Shown: one piece after another, positions 1 through 9,306 of the stretch
How the letters are laid out: every line of letters starts with the position of its first letter
Position numbering within the stretch: position 1 is the first letter of the stretch
Source of the DNA: Stenotrophomonas sp.
GTDB taxonomy: Bacteria; Pseudomonadota; Gammaproteobacteria; Xanthomonadales; Xanthomonadaceae
NCBI GenBank assembly: GCA_031987425.1
Contig: DALZZL010000001.1
Span: forward strand, 9,820 to 73,819
Direction: 5' to 3'
DNA length: 64,000 bases
Notes under the pieces: model-generated
Told to the model about the DNA's origin: nothing
The model's input: only the letters and a program-made list of their open reading frames with translations
Database searches by the model: none
Program-made: the position numbers and the translations under genes

Positions 1-136
1 CATCGTCTGGCAGCACGTGGGCGATCAGTGGCGGATCACCCGCGTGCTGAGCTATGGACACCGATCGCTGGCAACACCATAGCCGGGCGGGCGCGGCTGC
101 CCGCGTGCCCGCTGATGGGCGATCAGCGGCGGGCGC

Positions 137-664
137 TCAACGTCCTTCGGCCAACCCGGTCAACAACGTCACCAGCGAGTCGTAGTCGCGCGGTCCGTCG
201 TAGCGCTGCCCGTTGATGAACAGGCTCGGCGTGCCATTGACACCACTGCGCACGCCGCCGGAGAAATCGCCCTCGATGCGCGCGTCGTAGTGGCCCGAGA
301 ATGCCTGGCCCAACGCCGTGCTCGGCAGCCCCAGGGTATGCGCGTAACCGGCCAGGTCGGCGTCGCGGAGCGCATCCTGGTTTTCATACAGCATGTCGTG
401 CGCTTCCCAGAACTTGCCGTGCGTTGCGGCCGCCTCGGCGAACTGCGCCGCATGCAAGGCGTGCGGGTGCATTTCGGTCAGCGGGAAGTTGCGGAAGACG
501 AAGCGCAGCTTGTCGCCCAATGCCGCCTGCACCGCCTTGATCAGCGGATAGGCTTCACCGCAGTACGGGCATTCGTAATCGCCATATTCCACCAGGGTCA
601 CCGGCGCATCGGCCGGGCCCTGCGCGTGGTCGGCGGCGTTGACCGCAACAGTGAGGCGGCTCAT
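137..664 (-). CDS. DsbA-family thioredoxin-fold thiol:disulfide oxidoreductase with no signal peptide
   Basis: 175-aa ORF with a CPYC active site (GDYECPYCG) and a DsbA/FrnE-like C-terminal half (GTPSLFINGQ). The ATG at 662-664 overlaps the TGA of the upstream peroxiredoxin gene (ATGA overlap). Confidence 0.85.
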   Translation of the reverse strand: MSRLTVAVNAADHAQGPADAPVTLVEYGDYECPYCGEAYPLIKAVQAALGDKLRFVFRNFPLTEMHPHALHAAQFAEAAATHGKFWEAHDMLYENQDALRDADLAGYAHTLGLPSTALGQAFSGHYDARIEGDFSGGVRSGVNGTPSLFINGQRYDGPRDYDSLVTLLTGLAEGR

Positions 665-1152
665 GCGTTGGCTCCTTTTTTGGCGGAAAGTCGGTCGAGC
701 GCGTCCAGGATGCCGTCCGCGCCGGGGTTGATGCCCAAGGGCGAGAGATGGCTCCAGGCGATGTCGCCCTGTGCATCGATCACGAACAGCGCCCGTTCGC
801 AGATACCGTCGGCGTCGCGATAGGCGCCATAGCGGCGCGCGACCTCACCCTTCGGCTCGAAGTCGGCCAGCAGCGGGAAATGCAGCTTGCGCTGTTCCGA
901 AAACGCCGCATGGCACCACGCGCCATCGACCGAAATGCCGAGCAGCTGCGCGCCGGCGCGGTGGAACTCCGGCAGGACCTGGTTGTACAGCGCCATCTGG
1001 TCGCCGCATACCGGGCTCCAGTCGGCGGGATAGAACGCCAGGATCACCGGCTGTCCGCGCAACGAGGACAACGACACGCGCTGGTCCGGCGTGGAGGGCA
1101 GTGCGAAGTCGGGTGCCGGCGTGCCGGCGGAAAGGAGCGGGGCAGGAGACAT
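661..1152 (-). CDS. Peroxiredoxin (AhpC/TSA, Bcp-like)
   Basis: 163 aa starting at MSPAPLLSAG. Peroxidatic Cys motif FYPADWSPVCGDQ. ATG confirmed at 1150-1152. The track ORF 661..1854 is over-extended upstream with Arg/Pro-rich non-coding-like sequence. Confidence 0.9.
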   Translation of the reverse strand: MSPAPLLSAGTPAPDFALPSTPDQRVSLSSLRGQPVILAFYPADWSPVCGDQMALYNQVLPEFHRAGAQLLGISVDGAWCHAAFSEQRKLHFPLLADFEPKGEVARRYGAYRDADGICERALFVIDAQGDIAWSHLSPLGINPGADGILDALDRLSAKKGANA

Positions 1153-1232
1153 GAGAAATCCTCGGATCGGTAAGGGAACGTGGATCGTCGGTCGGCTCGG
1201 CGCGCAGGCAGCGGCTATCGCGCGGGGCCGGG

Positions 1233-2369
1233 CTACATCAGGGAGCGGCCCAGCCGGCGGCCGTAATCGACCACGGCCTGGCCCTCCGGCGCGCGATGCT
1301 GGGCATAGTCGCGCAGCGCGTCGTCCAGAGCCACCTGGCCCTCGGCCACCGGTGCCAAGGCTTGGGCGAGCGCCATCGCGTCGCCGGCGGCCTTGGCCAC
1401 GCCCATCGCGGTATGCGGCCGGGCGATGAAGGCGGCGTCGCCGAGCAGTACCTGCCGGCCGCGCACCATCTGGCGGGTTGCGTAGTCGTAGATCGGCTGC
1501 AGGAAGGGACGCGGCTCGGCGGCGACCACTGCGCTGAACGCCGGCGGCAGCCACTGGCGTGCTTCGTCGAGCAGCTGCGCGCGGATGGCCTCGGGCACTT
1601 CGCCGGGGGCCAGCGACAGCGCCTGCGCATGGCGTGCGTGATCGAGCAGGCTTGCCAGCATCGTCGCCGGCAGCAGGCGATACCACACCCAGTTGTAGCG
1701 GCGATGGCCGGGCAGGGTCTCGCCTGCGGATCCCGGCACCAGATAGCCAAGCGCATGGCGGCCGGGGGCGAAATGAAAGGCGAAGCGTTCGAACAGCGTG
1801 TCCGCCGCGGCCTGGGGCACGTTCTGTTCCGGCACCAGGCCGCGCCAGGCGCAATAGCCGGCGTAGCTGGGCTGGCCGACATGGCCCTGCGTGTCGACAT
1901 CCACCTGCGCACGCACGATCGAGGCCTGGCCATCGGCGCCCAGCAACAGGTCGAAGCTGCGGCGACGGCCATCGCTGGTCTCCACCTCGACATGGTCGGC
2001 ATGGGCGACAAGGCGTTCCACCGCCACCCCACCCAGGTAATCACGGTCCGGCACGCAGCCGCGGAAGGCGGTGAACAACAGATCCCAGGACATCTGCATC
2101 TGCCGCCGCCGATCACGCTCGATCACCTCGCCGCGATCATCCAGGGTAATGCGCTCCTCGGCCCACACACCGCGGCCGGCCACGTCGTCCAGGCCCAGCA
2201 CGTCGAGAATGCGCAGCACCGCATCCTGCACCACCAGTCCGGCGCCGCGCCCGGCCAGTCCGTGTCGCGAGCGCTCCATGACGGTGACGCGATGGCCTTG
2301 CCGGGCGAGCAGCGCGGCACTGAACAGGCCGCCTACCGAACCGCCGCAGATGCCGATATCCAGTGCCAT
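1233..2369 (-). CDS. FAD-dependent (group A flavoprotein) monooxygenase
   Basis: Starts at MALDIGICGGSVGG (Rossmann GxGxxG). Has the LLGADG motif and a GDAAH-like LLGDAAFIARPH motif. ATG at 2367-2369 is preceded by GAGGAG. It lies 10 nt downstream of the MFS gene, so the two are probably co-transcribed. Confidence 0.85.
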   Translation of the reverse strand: MALDIGICGGSVGGLFSAALLARQGHRVTVMERSRHGLAGRGAGLVVQDAVLRILDVLGLDDVAGRGVWAEERITLDDRGEVIERDRRRQMQMSWDLLFTAFRGCVPDRDYLGGVAVERLVAHADHVEVETSDGRRRSFDLLLGADGQASIVRAQVDVDTQGHVGQPSYAGYCAWRGLVPEQNVPQAAADTLFERFAFHFAPGRHALGYLVPGSAGETLPGHRRYNWVWYRLLPATMLASLLDHARHAQALSLAPGEVPEAIRAQLLDEARQWLPPAFSAVVAAEPRPFLQPIYDYATRQMVRGRQVLLGDAAFIARPHTAMGVAKAAGDAMALAQALAPVAEGQVALDDALRDYAQHRAPEGQAVVDYGRRLGRSLM

Positions 2370-2379
2370 GGCGATCTCC

Positions 2380-3573
2380 TCAGGTAGCGCTGCCGGTGGC
2401 GTGGGGCACGGCCGTGCGTTGCACGGTGAGCAGCAGCGCCAGCGCGGGCAGCACCACGCCCAGCAGCGCCACGCCGGGCCAGCCGAAGGCGTGCCAGACC
2501 GTGGCCGACGCCCACGAACCCAGCGCACCGCCGATGAACATCGAGGTCATGAACAAGGTGTTGAGACGGCTCTTGAATTCCGGATGCAGGCCGTAGATCA
2601 GGTGCTGGTGCGAGACCAGCGCGATCTGCACGCCGAAATCCAGCACGATCACGCCGATCACCAAGCCGGTCAGTCCGGGCCAGATGCCGAGTACGATCCA
2701 CGACAGCAGCGTGGCCAGCGCTCCGAGACGGATTACCGGCGCCGGGCCGCGCCGGTCGGCGATGCGCCCGGCCACCGGCGCCATCGCCACGCCTACCGCG
2801 CCGACGATGCCGAACAGGCCCGCCGACGCCGCGCCCAGCGCAAGCGGCGGCTCGGCCAGGTGCAACGAGAGCACGGTCCAGAACGCCGAGAACGCGGCGA
2901 ACAGCAGCGCCTGCACGGTGGCGGCGCGGCGCAGGCGCGGCTCGTCGCGCCACAGCCGCCCCAGCGACGCCAGCAGCGCGCCGTACCCCATCGGCTTGGC
3001 CGGTGCATGGCGTGGCAGGCGCCATGCCATCAGCAGGCCGGCGGCCACCGCCACCGGCACCGCGATCCAGTACACCGCGCGCCAGCCGGCCACGCCCGAC
3101 AGCGCGCCGGCCACGGTGCGGCTGAGCAGGATGCCGGTGAGCAGGCCGCTCATCACCGTGCCGATCGCCGCGCCGCGCTTTTCAGGCGCGCACAGGATGG
3201 CGGTGAACGGCACGATCTGCTGGGCCACGGTGGCGGTGGCGCCCACCAGCACCGAGCCCACCGCCAGCATGCCCAGCCCGGGCGACCACGCGGTCAGCGC
3301 CAGCGCGAGGGCCAGCAGCAGGAACTGCACCACGATCAGCCGGCGGCGCTCGAACATGTCGCCCAGCGGCAGCAACAGCAGCAGGCCCGCTGCATAGCCG
3401 GCCTGGGTGAGCGCGGGAATCCAGGCGCTGACACGCGCATCGCCGAGGCTGCTGGCCATGACGCCGAGCATCGGCTGGTTGTAATAGATGTTGGCCACGG
3501 CGAGGCCGGCGGCCAGCGCCATCGCGAACAGCGGGGCGCGCGGCGAAGCGGGGGAGGAGGGGGCCGTGGTCAT
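2380..3573 (-). CDS. MFS transporter
   Basis: About 397 aa and multi-TM. Contains the MFS loop motif LGDMFERRRLI. The track start at 3591 is a TTG, so I prefer the ATG at 3571-3573 (MTTAPSS). The exact start is uncertain. Confidence 0.8.
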   Translation of the reverse strand: MTTAPSSPASPRAPLFAMALAAGLAVANIYYNQPMLGVMASSLGDARVSAWIPALTQAGYAAGLLLLLPLGDMFERRRLIVVQFLLLALALALTAWSPGLGMLAVGSVLVGATATVAQQIVPFTAILCAPEKRGAAIGTVMSGLLTGILLSRTVAGALSGVAGWRAVYWIAVPVAVAAGLLMAWRLPRHAPAKPMGYGALLASLGRLWRDEPRLRRAATVQALLFAAFSAFWTVLSLHLAEPPLALGAASAGLFGIVGAVGVAMAPVAGRIADRRGPAPVIRLGALATLLSWIVLGIWPGLTGLVIGVIVLDFGVQIALVSHQHLIYGLHPEFKSRLNTLFMTSMFIGGALGSWASATVWHAFGWPGVALLGVVLPALALLLTVQRTAVPHATGSAT

Positions 3574-3722
3574 GACGGATTCCAATGGCAAGCAGGGAGG
3601 GTGGCCGCCGACACGCGGCCGGCCGCTACCTTCCCGCGCGCCAACGGCGCGCGGAGAGGCAGAAGGTCACCACATGGCGCGTGTAGCGGGGACGCGGGCG
3701 CGTGGGCCGCGTCCGCGCGGGC

Positions 3723-4559
3723 TCAGCGCTGGATGAAGGCCAGCAGGTCGGCGTTGATCACGTCGGCATGGGTGGTGCACATGCCATGCGGATAGCCCTT
3801 GTAGACCTTCAGCTCGCCGTTCTTGACCAGCTTCCACGACAGCTCGCCGGCATCGGCGATCGGCACGATCTGGTCGTCGTCGCCGTGCATCACCAGCACC
3901 GGCACCTCGATCTTCTTCAGGTCTTCGGTCTGGTCGGTCTCCGAGAACGCCTTGATGCCCTCGTAGTGGGCCTTGGCGTTGCCGGCCATGCCCTGACGCC
4001 ACCAGTTCTGCACGGTACCCGGAATGGTTTTGACGCCTTCACGGTTGAAGCCGTAGAACGGGCCACCCGGCAGATCGAGGTAGAACTGCGAGCGGTTGGC
4101 GGCGAGCTGCGCACGCAGGCCGTCGAACACTTCGATCGGCAGGCCGCCCGGGTTGCTCGGGGTCTTGACCATGATCGGCGGCACCGCGCTGATCAGCACC
4201 GCCTTGGCGACGCGGCCGGCCGGCTGGCCGTGACGCGCGACATAGGCGGCCACTTCGCCGCCACCGGTCGAGTGGCCGATGTGCACCGCGTTGCGCAGGT
4301 CCAGGTGTTCCATCACCGCCGCGGCATCGGCGGCGTAGTGGGCCATGTCATGGCCGTCGGCGACGTGCGAGGAACGGCCATGGCCGCGGCGGTCGTGGGC
4401 GATGACGCGGAAGCCCTTGCCGAGGAAGAACAGCATCTGCGCATCCCAGTCATCGCTGGACAGCGGCCAACCATGATGGAAGACCAGCGGCTGGGCGTCC
4501 TTCGGGCCCCAATCCTGGAAAAAGATCTCGACGCCGTCGCGGGTGGTGATCGTGTTCAT
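3723..4559 (-). CDS. Alpha/beta hydrolase, non-haem haloperoxidase/arylesterase-like
   Basis: 278 aa starting at [24 protein letters not shown] oxyanion region, nucleophile elbow [16 protein letters not shown] and a C-terminal PHG. ATG at 4557-4559 is preceded by GAGGAA. Confidence 0.9.
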   Translation of the reverse strand: MNTITTRDGVEIFFQDWGPKDAQPLVFHHGWPLSSDDWDAQMLFFLGKGFRVIAHDRRGHGRSSHVADGHDMAHYAADAAAVMEHLDLRNAVHIGHSTGGGEVAAYVARHGQPAGRVAKAVLISAVPPIMVKTPSNPGGLPIEVFDGLRAQLAANRSQFYLDLPGGPFYGFNREGVKTIPGTVQNWWRQGMAGNAKAHYEGIKAFSETDQTEDLKKIEVPVLVMHGDDDQIVPIADAGELSWKLVKNGELKVYKGYPHGMCTTHADVINADLLAFIQR

Positions 4560-4662
4560 GAGCGAATTCCTCGTGTGGTGGAGTACAACGTGAACGCTAA
4601 TGGGGAACACCGGCGGCGAAAATCGTACGCTCGGTTCGCCGTCTCATACCAAGGTGTGGCTT

Positions 4663-5052
4663 CTACTGCGGGGGCAACACGTCCGCCAGGCAACGGGTGA
4701 TGGCATCGGCCTCTACCGGCTTGCCGAAGAACGCATGCGCGCCGGCCGCCAGCACGCGCGTGCGCACCGCTTCGGTGGGGAAAGCGGTGAGGAAGATCAC
4801 CGGAAAATGATGGCCGCCCGATTTCAGCGCGGCCTGCAGCTGCTCGCCGTCCATGCCGGGCATGCGCATGTCGCTGATCAGGCAGCTCGGGGCCTGCTGC
4901 GGCAGCGCCTCCAGGAATTCCAGGGCCGATGCATAGGTGCGTGTCGGATAACCCAACGAGCGCAGCAGGCTGGACAACGAAGTGCGGACGCCGCTGTCGT
5001 CGTCCACCACGGCGATATGGCTGGCGTGGGCGAGCGGGGCGGGATGGTTCAT
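4663..5052 (-). CDS. Single-domain response regulator (receiver only)
   Basis: 129 aa starting at MNHPAPL. Receiver signature VVDDDSGV ... LISDMRMPGMDG ... FFGKP, with no output domain. ATG at 5050-5052 is preceded by AAGGAG. Confidence 0.85.
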   Translation of the reverse strand: MNHPAPLAHASHIAVVDDDSGVRTSLSSLLRSLGYPTRTYASALEFLEALPQQAPSCLISDMRMPGMDGEQLQAALKSGGHHFPVIFLTAFPTEAVRTRVLAAGAHAFFGKPVEADAITRCLADVLPPQ

Positions 5053-5141
5053 GCTGACAACTCCTTCGCGCCACGCGGCGCACGAAGGTGCGTCAAGCCA
5101 GCCCGATGGCCCATTTAGGCACGCCGGGCCGAGGCTGAACA

Positions 5142-5795
5142 TCATACGGAGGTTTGGGGGCCGTGAATGCCGAGCGCCTCGGCGTGCCGCACCAGGTCGG
5201 CCAGCGAGCGCACGGCCATCTTGCGCATCACGTTGCCGCGATGGATCTTCACGGTGATCTCGCTCAGCCCGATCAATCCCGCGACCTGCTTGTTCATCAG
5301 CCCGGCCACCACGTGCGCCATCACCTCACGCTCGCGCGGGGTCAGGGTCTCGTAGCGGCCGCGCACGTGATCCAGGCTGGCCGCCTGCGCGCGGCGTTGG
5401 CGGTCGCGCTCGATCGCCGCGCTGGCCGCATCGAGCATGTCCTGGTCCCGGAACGGCTTGGCGAGGAAATCCACCGCGCCGGCCTTCATCGCCCGCACCG
5501 ACATCGGGATGTCGCCGTGGCCGGTCATGAAGATGATCGGCAGGGCGATGCCGTGGCCGGCCAGCTGGGCCTGGAAATCCAGGCCGCTGATCCCGGGCAG
5601 GCGCACGTCGAGCACCATGCAGCCGGTGAGATCGGGCAGCGGCTGGCGCAGCAGCTCGGCGGGCGAGGCGAACAGCAGGGTCTGCAGGCCGATCGAGCGG
5701 AACAGGCTGTCGAGCGAATCGCGTACCGCTGCCTCGTCGTCGACGATGACGACCAGGGGCGCGGCGTCTGGGCTGGGCGTGCGGTTAGCGGGCAT
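5142..5795 (-). CDS. FixJ/NarL-family response regulator (REC + LuxR-type HTH)
   Basis: 217 aa. Receiver motifs IVDDEAAVR, VLDVRLPGISG and LAKP. LuxR HTH motif LTPREREVMAHVVAGLMNKQVAGLIGLSEITVKIHRGNVMRKM. The start overlaps the kinase stop by 11 nt. Confidence 0.9.
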   Translation of the reverse strand: MPANRTPSPDAAPLVVIVDDEAAVRDSLDSLFRSIGLQTLLFASPAELLRQPLPDLTGCMVLDVRLPGISGLDFQAQLAGHGIALPIIFMTGHGDIPMSVRAMKAGAVDFLAKPFRDQDMLDAASAAIERDRQRRAQAASLDHVRGRYETLTPREREVMAHVVAGLMNKQVAGLIGLSEITVKIHRGNVMRKMAVRSLADLVRHAEALGIHGPQTSV

Positions 5796-7719
5796 GGGTC
5801 TCGGCGCTGTCGTGGGTGGCCAGGGTGAGGTGGAACACCGTGCCTTGGCCCGGCGCGCTGTCCACGGTCAGCGTACCGCCATGGGCCTCGGCGGTGCTGC
5901 GGCAGATCGCCAGCCCCATGCCCATGCCCTGTGGCTTGGTGGTGTAGAACGGATCGAACAGCCGGGGCAGGTCATCGGCGGCGATGCCCGGGCCGGTGTC
6001 GGCGACGTGGATGGACAGCGTGGCCGCGTCGCCATGGCTGGCCCGCAGCCGGACCTGGCGCAATCCCGGTTGGCCCGCCAGCGCCTGGCATGCGTTGACC
6101 AGCAGGTTGACCAGGATCTGCTCCAGCTGCACGCGGTCGCCATGCAGGGCCGGCAGGTCGTCGGCGACGCTGATCCGCACGTCCACCTCCTCGCGGGTGA
6201 ATTCGTGCCGCACCAGTTCCACCGCGTCGGCGAGCAGCGTGCCGGCCTGCAGCGACTGGCGTGGCGCGGGCGCCTTGCTGAGGAAGTCGCGCACGCGTCT
6301 TACGATCTCGCCGGCGCGCCGGCCCTCGGCGATGATGCGTGCGATCGCCGTCTCGACCTCGTGCAGGTCGGGCGTGTCGCGGCGCAGCCAGCGCATGCCG
6401 GCCTCGCCGTTGGTCACCACCGCCATCAGCGGCTGGTTGACCTCGTGGGCAATCGAGGCGGTCAGCTCGCCCAGCGTCGCCACCCGCATGGCATGCGCCA
6501 GCTCGGCCTGCGCGGCCAGCATGGCGTCCTGCGCCTGCTTGCGTTCGGTGACATCGACCACGAACACCAGCACGCTGCCTTCGCGATCGCCGGCGGTCGG
6601 GAAGGTGATGGTGAACAGCACCGGCACGCGCTGGCCATCGCCGCGCAGCAGGTCGGTCTCGCCCTCGAAGAACGGCTCGCCGGCGACAAATGCCAGCAGC
6701 GAGGGAATGAAGGTGTCGTCCGCCTTGTCGAGCAGTTCGGCCAGCGAGAGCGGCATCTGCCCATCGTCGCGTCCGGCGATTGCCGCGAAGGCCGGGTTCG
6801 CGGTCTCGATGCGCGCCAGCGCACGCGCCTGCGCCGCGAATCCGGGGTGGCCTGCCAGGTAGGCGGACAGCGCCGCCGGATCGGTCAGGCCGTGTGCCGT
6901 CAGTGCCGCCTGGATCGGCCGCCAGTCCTGCTGCACCACGCCGACGCGCGTGGCGTCGAACATGCGGCGGTAGCGGCGTTCACTCTGCACCAGCGCCGCA
7001 TGCGCGGCCTGGCGCTCGGTGACATCGGTATGCGTCTCCAGCACCTGCAGCACGCGCCCGGCCGCGTCGCGCTGCAGCGCCCAGCGGCTCTCCAGGGTCA
7101 ACTCGCGCCCGGCGCGGGTGGTCTGCACGAGCGTGCCCTCCCAGCGGCCTTCGGCCACCAGCACGGCCTCCACCTCGCCACGCGGCTGCGCATAGCGGGT
7201 CTGCAGCAGCTCGTCGGCGCTGCGTCCGACCGCCTCCTCGGCGCTCCAGCCATAGACTTCGGCCGCGCCGCGGTTCCAGAACAGGATCCGGCCGTCGCGG
7301 GAGCGGGTGAAGATCATGTCGTGCGACAGGTCCAGCAGCATCGCCTGCGAGCGCAGGGCCTGCACCGAGCGTTGGTTCTCCAACGCCAGCACCGCGCTGA
7401 TGGCGATCGCCGCCAGGCTCACCGCGGCGCGGAAGGTCTGCGCGCCCACGTGGCGCATGCCATGGGTGTCGAGATAGGCGAACAGGGTCAGTGCGATGCC
7501 GCCCACGGCCACGGCGATGATGTCGCCGCGGCGCGTGGTGCGCGCCACCAGCATGACCGCCACGACGTACAGCACCGCCACCGCGCCTTCCAGCGTGGTC
7601 ATCGTATCGACCAGGAAGATCACCAGCACCAGCAGCGCGGCGACCACGCGCAGCACCAGGTGCTGCAGGCGTTCGGCATGGGCGGCGCGGTCGCGCGCTA
7701 CGCGGGCACGGTCGGACAT
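5785..7719 (-). CDS. PAS-domain sensor histidine kinase (FixL-like) with an N-terminal membrane region
   Basis: About 644 aa from MSDRARVARD (ATG 7717-7719, GGAG upstream). N-terminal hydrophobic helices, repeated PAS-like segments, H box ELTASIAHEVNQPL, N box LVNLLVNACQA, G boxes DTGPGI and GMGMGLAI. The track start at 7911 is less likely. Confidence 0.88.
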   Translation of the reverse strand: MSDRARVARDRAAHAERLQHLVLRVVAALLVLVIFLVDTMTTLEGAVAVLYVVAVMLVARTTRRGDIIAVAVGGIALTLFAYLDTHGMRHVGAQTFRAAVSLAAIAISAVLALENQRSVQALRSQAMLLDLSHDMIFTRSRDGRILFWNRGAAEVYGWSAEEAVGRSADELLQTRYAQPRGEVEAVLVAEGRWEGTLVQTTRAGRELTLESRWALQRDAAGRVLQVLETHTDVTERQAAHAALVQSERRYRRMFDATRVGVVQQDWRPIQAALTAHGLTDPAALSAYLAGHPGFAAQARALARIETANPAFAAIAGRDDGQMPLSLAELLDKADDTFIPSLLAFVAGEPFFEGETDLLRGDGQRVPVLFTITFPTAGDREGSVLVFVVDVTERKQAQDAMLAAQAELAHAMRVATLGELTASIAHEVNQPLMAVVTNGEAGMRWLRRDTPDLHEVETAIARIIAEGRRAGEIVRRVRDFLSKAPAPRQSLQAGTLLADAVELVRHEFTREEVDVRISVADDLPALHGDRVQLEQILVNLLVNACQALAGQPGLRQVRLRASHGDAATLSIHVADTGPGIAADDLPRLFDPFYTTKPQGMGMGLAICRSTAEAHGGTLTVDSAPGQGTVFHLTLATHDSAETHAR

Positions 7720-7949
7720 ACGGCCTGACTCCGTCTTCACAGGGTGGGGGATGGCGCAAGGGGACGGCCCGTCGATCATAGGCGTGGACCGGCCCCCGCG
7801 CTGGTAACGGTGTGCGCTTCGGTCGCCCCAAACCAAGGTATGAGCCCGCGAAACGATCCGCCGATGTTGCCGGACGCTCCATCTGGTTACGTTGGCTGCC
7901 ATGCCGGGCACCGCACCGGCACCCCTTCCTCCAACGCAGGAGTTTCGCC

Positions 7950-8468
7950 ATGAACCCGCAATCCGCCGCTTCGCGCCGCGCCGCCGCCCTGCATGTCCGC
8001 AACGACCTTGGCGAGGATGCCGCCCGCGACATCGCCGGCGCGCTCACCGGCGTGCTGGCCGACATGTTCGCGCTCTACCTGAAGACCAAGAACTTCCATT
8101 GGCATCTGTCCGGGCCGCATTTCCGCGACTACCACCTGATGCTGGACGAGCAGGGTGACCAGATCTTCGCCACCACCGATGTGCTGGCCGAGCGCGCGCG
8201 CAAGGTCGGCGGCACCACCTTGCGCTCGATCGGCCATATCCAGCGCCTGCAGCGCCTGGCCGACAACGACGCCGAGTACGTCACCCCCGAGGACATGCTG
8301 GCGGAGCTGGCCGACGACAACCGCCGCCTTTCCGCGTTCCTGCGCGAGGCGCATGGCGTCTGCGACAGCTATGGCGATGTCGCCTCGACCAGCCTGATCG
8401 AGGTCTGGATCGACGAGGCCGAACGCCGTGCCTGGTTCCTGTTCGAAAGCACCCGCCGCCCGGCCTGA
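7950..8468 (+). CDS. dps: Dps (DNA-binding ferritin-like stress protein)
   Basis: 172 aa from MNPQSAAS. Dps ferroxidase region LYLKTKNFHWHLSGPHFRDYHLMLDEQ. ATG at 7950-7952 is preceded by GCAGGAG. Confidence 0.9.
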   Translation: MNPQSAASRRAAALHVRNDLGEDAARDIAGALTGVLADMFALYLKTKNFHWHLSGPHFRDYHLMLDEQGDQIFATTDVLAERARKVGGTTLRSIGHIQRLQRLADNDAEYVTPEDMLAELADDNRRLSAFLREAHGVCDSYGDVASTSLIEVWIDEAERRAWFLFESTRRPA

Positions 8469-8502
8469 GCCGGCCCCCACCGCATCGGGCCAGGAGACAG
8501 GG

Positions 8503-9264
8503 ATGAATGCCGAGCCTTTGATCGAGACGCCGCCCGTCGTGCCGTTACCCGGTGCGATGCCCGCCGACCTCCGTGTCGGCGAGGCGGAGGCCTCCTGGAT
8601 CGCGCTGGTCGCGCACGATCTGAACAATCTGCTGCAGGCCGCTTCGGCGGCCGTGTCGCTGGCGCGGGCGGGCGGGGAACTGCGCCTGCTCGACGTGGCC
8701 GAGTCGGCGTTGCGGCGTGGCGCCAGCATGGCCCGCGCCCTGGTCAGCGGTGGCCCGGCCGAGCCGAGCGCGCTGTTCGACCCGGCCGAACTGGCGCTGT
8801 CGATGCGCTCCCTGCTGGCCCAGGCCGCCGCGCCACGCGTGAGCGTGCATATCGAGGCGCGACCCGGCGCCGGCCAGGTGCGCGGTGATCGCCAGGCCTT
8901 GGAGCGCGCACTGCTCAACCTGGTGGTCAATGCACGCGAAGCCTGTGCCGAAGGCGGCCAGATCCGCATCCGCAGCGGACTGCGCAGCGTGCGCCCCAGT
9001 CCCTGTTCCGGCGCGCGCCGGCCGGGGCGCTATCTCACCCTTGAAGTGGCCGACAACGGTACCGGCATCACCCCGGCGTTGTGCGCGCGTCTGTTCGAAC
9101 CGCGCGTCACCACCCGCGCCGATCGCGGTGGGCATGGCCTTGGGTTGGCCCAGGTGCGCGGCGCCGTGCAGCAGGCAGGAGGCTTCGTCGAAGTCGTCTC
9201 CACGCCGGGCGCGGGGGCGCGCTTCGTTCTTGCATTGCCCTGCGCCGACGACGCCGCCGGCTGA
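8503..9264 (+). CDS. Soluble histidine kinase without a recognisable sensor domain
   Basis: 253 aa from MNAEPL (ATG 8503, AGGAGA upstream). H box LVAHDLNNLLQAA lies about 40 aa from the N-terminus. N box LLNLVVNAREA, G1 DNGTGI, G2 GHGLGLA. No TM or PAS segment seen. Starts 34 nt after dps. Confidence 0.8.
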   Translation: MNAEPLIETPPVVPLPGAMPADLRVGEAEASWIALVAHDLNNLLQAASAAVSLARAGGELRLLDVAESALRRGASMARALVSGGPAEPSALFDPAELALSMRSLLAQAAAPRVSVHIEARPGAGQVRGDRQALERALLNLVVNAREACAEGGQIRIRSGLRSVRPSPCSGARRPGRYLTLEVADNGTGITPALCARLFEPRVTTRADRGGHGLGLAQVRGAVQQAGGFVEVVSTPGAGARFVLALPCADDAAG

Positions 9265-9306
9265 GCCGAGCGGCCGTTCGCGCCGCCTATTCTCCAGGAG
9301 ATTGCC

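Noticed and set aside
2-82. Possible 3' end of a plus-strand gene running in from the left edge (IVWQHVGDQWRITRVLSYGHRSLATP, stop at 80-82), vaguely SnoaL/NTF2-like.
   Set aside because: Only 26 codons are visible, which is too short to support a call. The imperfect GC-rich hairpin after it (~84-115) is also weak.
661-1854. The 397-aa version of the peroxiredoxin ORF. Similar over-extended track starts occur at 1233..2528, 3723..4610, 4663..5145, 5785..7911, 18528..21485, 22707..24287, 24260..27343 and 52159..53181.
   Set aside because: The N-terminal extensions are Arg/Pro-rich, overlap neighbouring genes and lack an RBS. Internal ATG/GTG codons with Shine-Dalgarno sequences give proteins of canonical length and N-termini (signal peptides, Rossmann motifs).
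5437-7728. 763-aa plus-strand ORF. Similar very long ORFs lie at 2071..3795 (+), 18594..20426 (+), 24164..26965 (-), 27416..29035 (-), 43140..45398 (+), 49278..50594 (-) and 50598..51830 (-).
   Set aside because: All lie antisense to genes with clear family signatures (kinase, MFS, GH2, TonB receptors, GPH symporter, RND pump, sulfatase). Their translations are Arg/Ala/Gly/His-rich low-complexity strings typical of stop-poor shadow frames in high-GC DNA.
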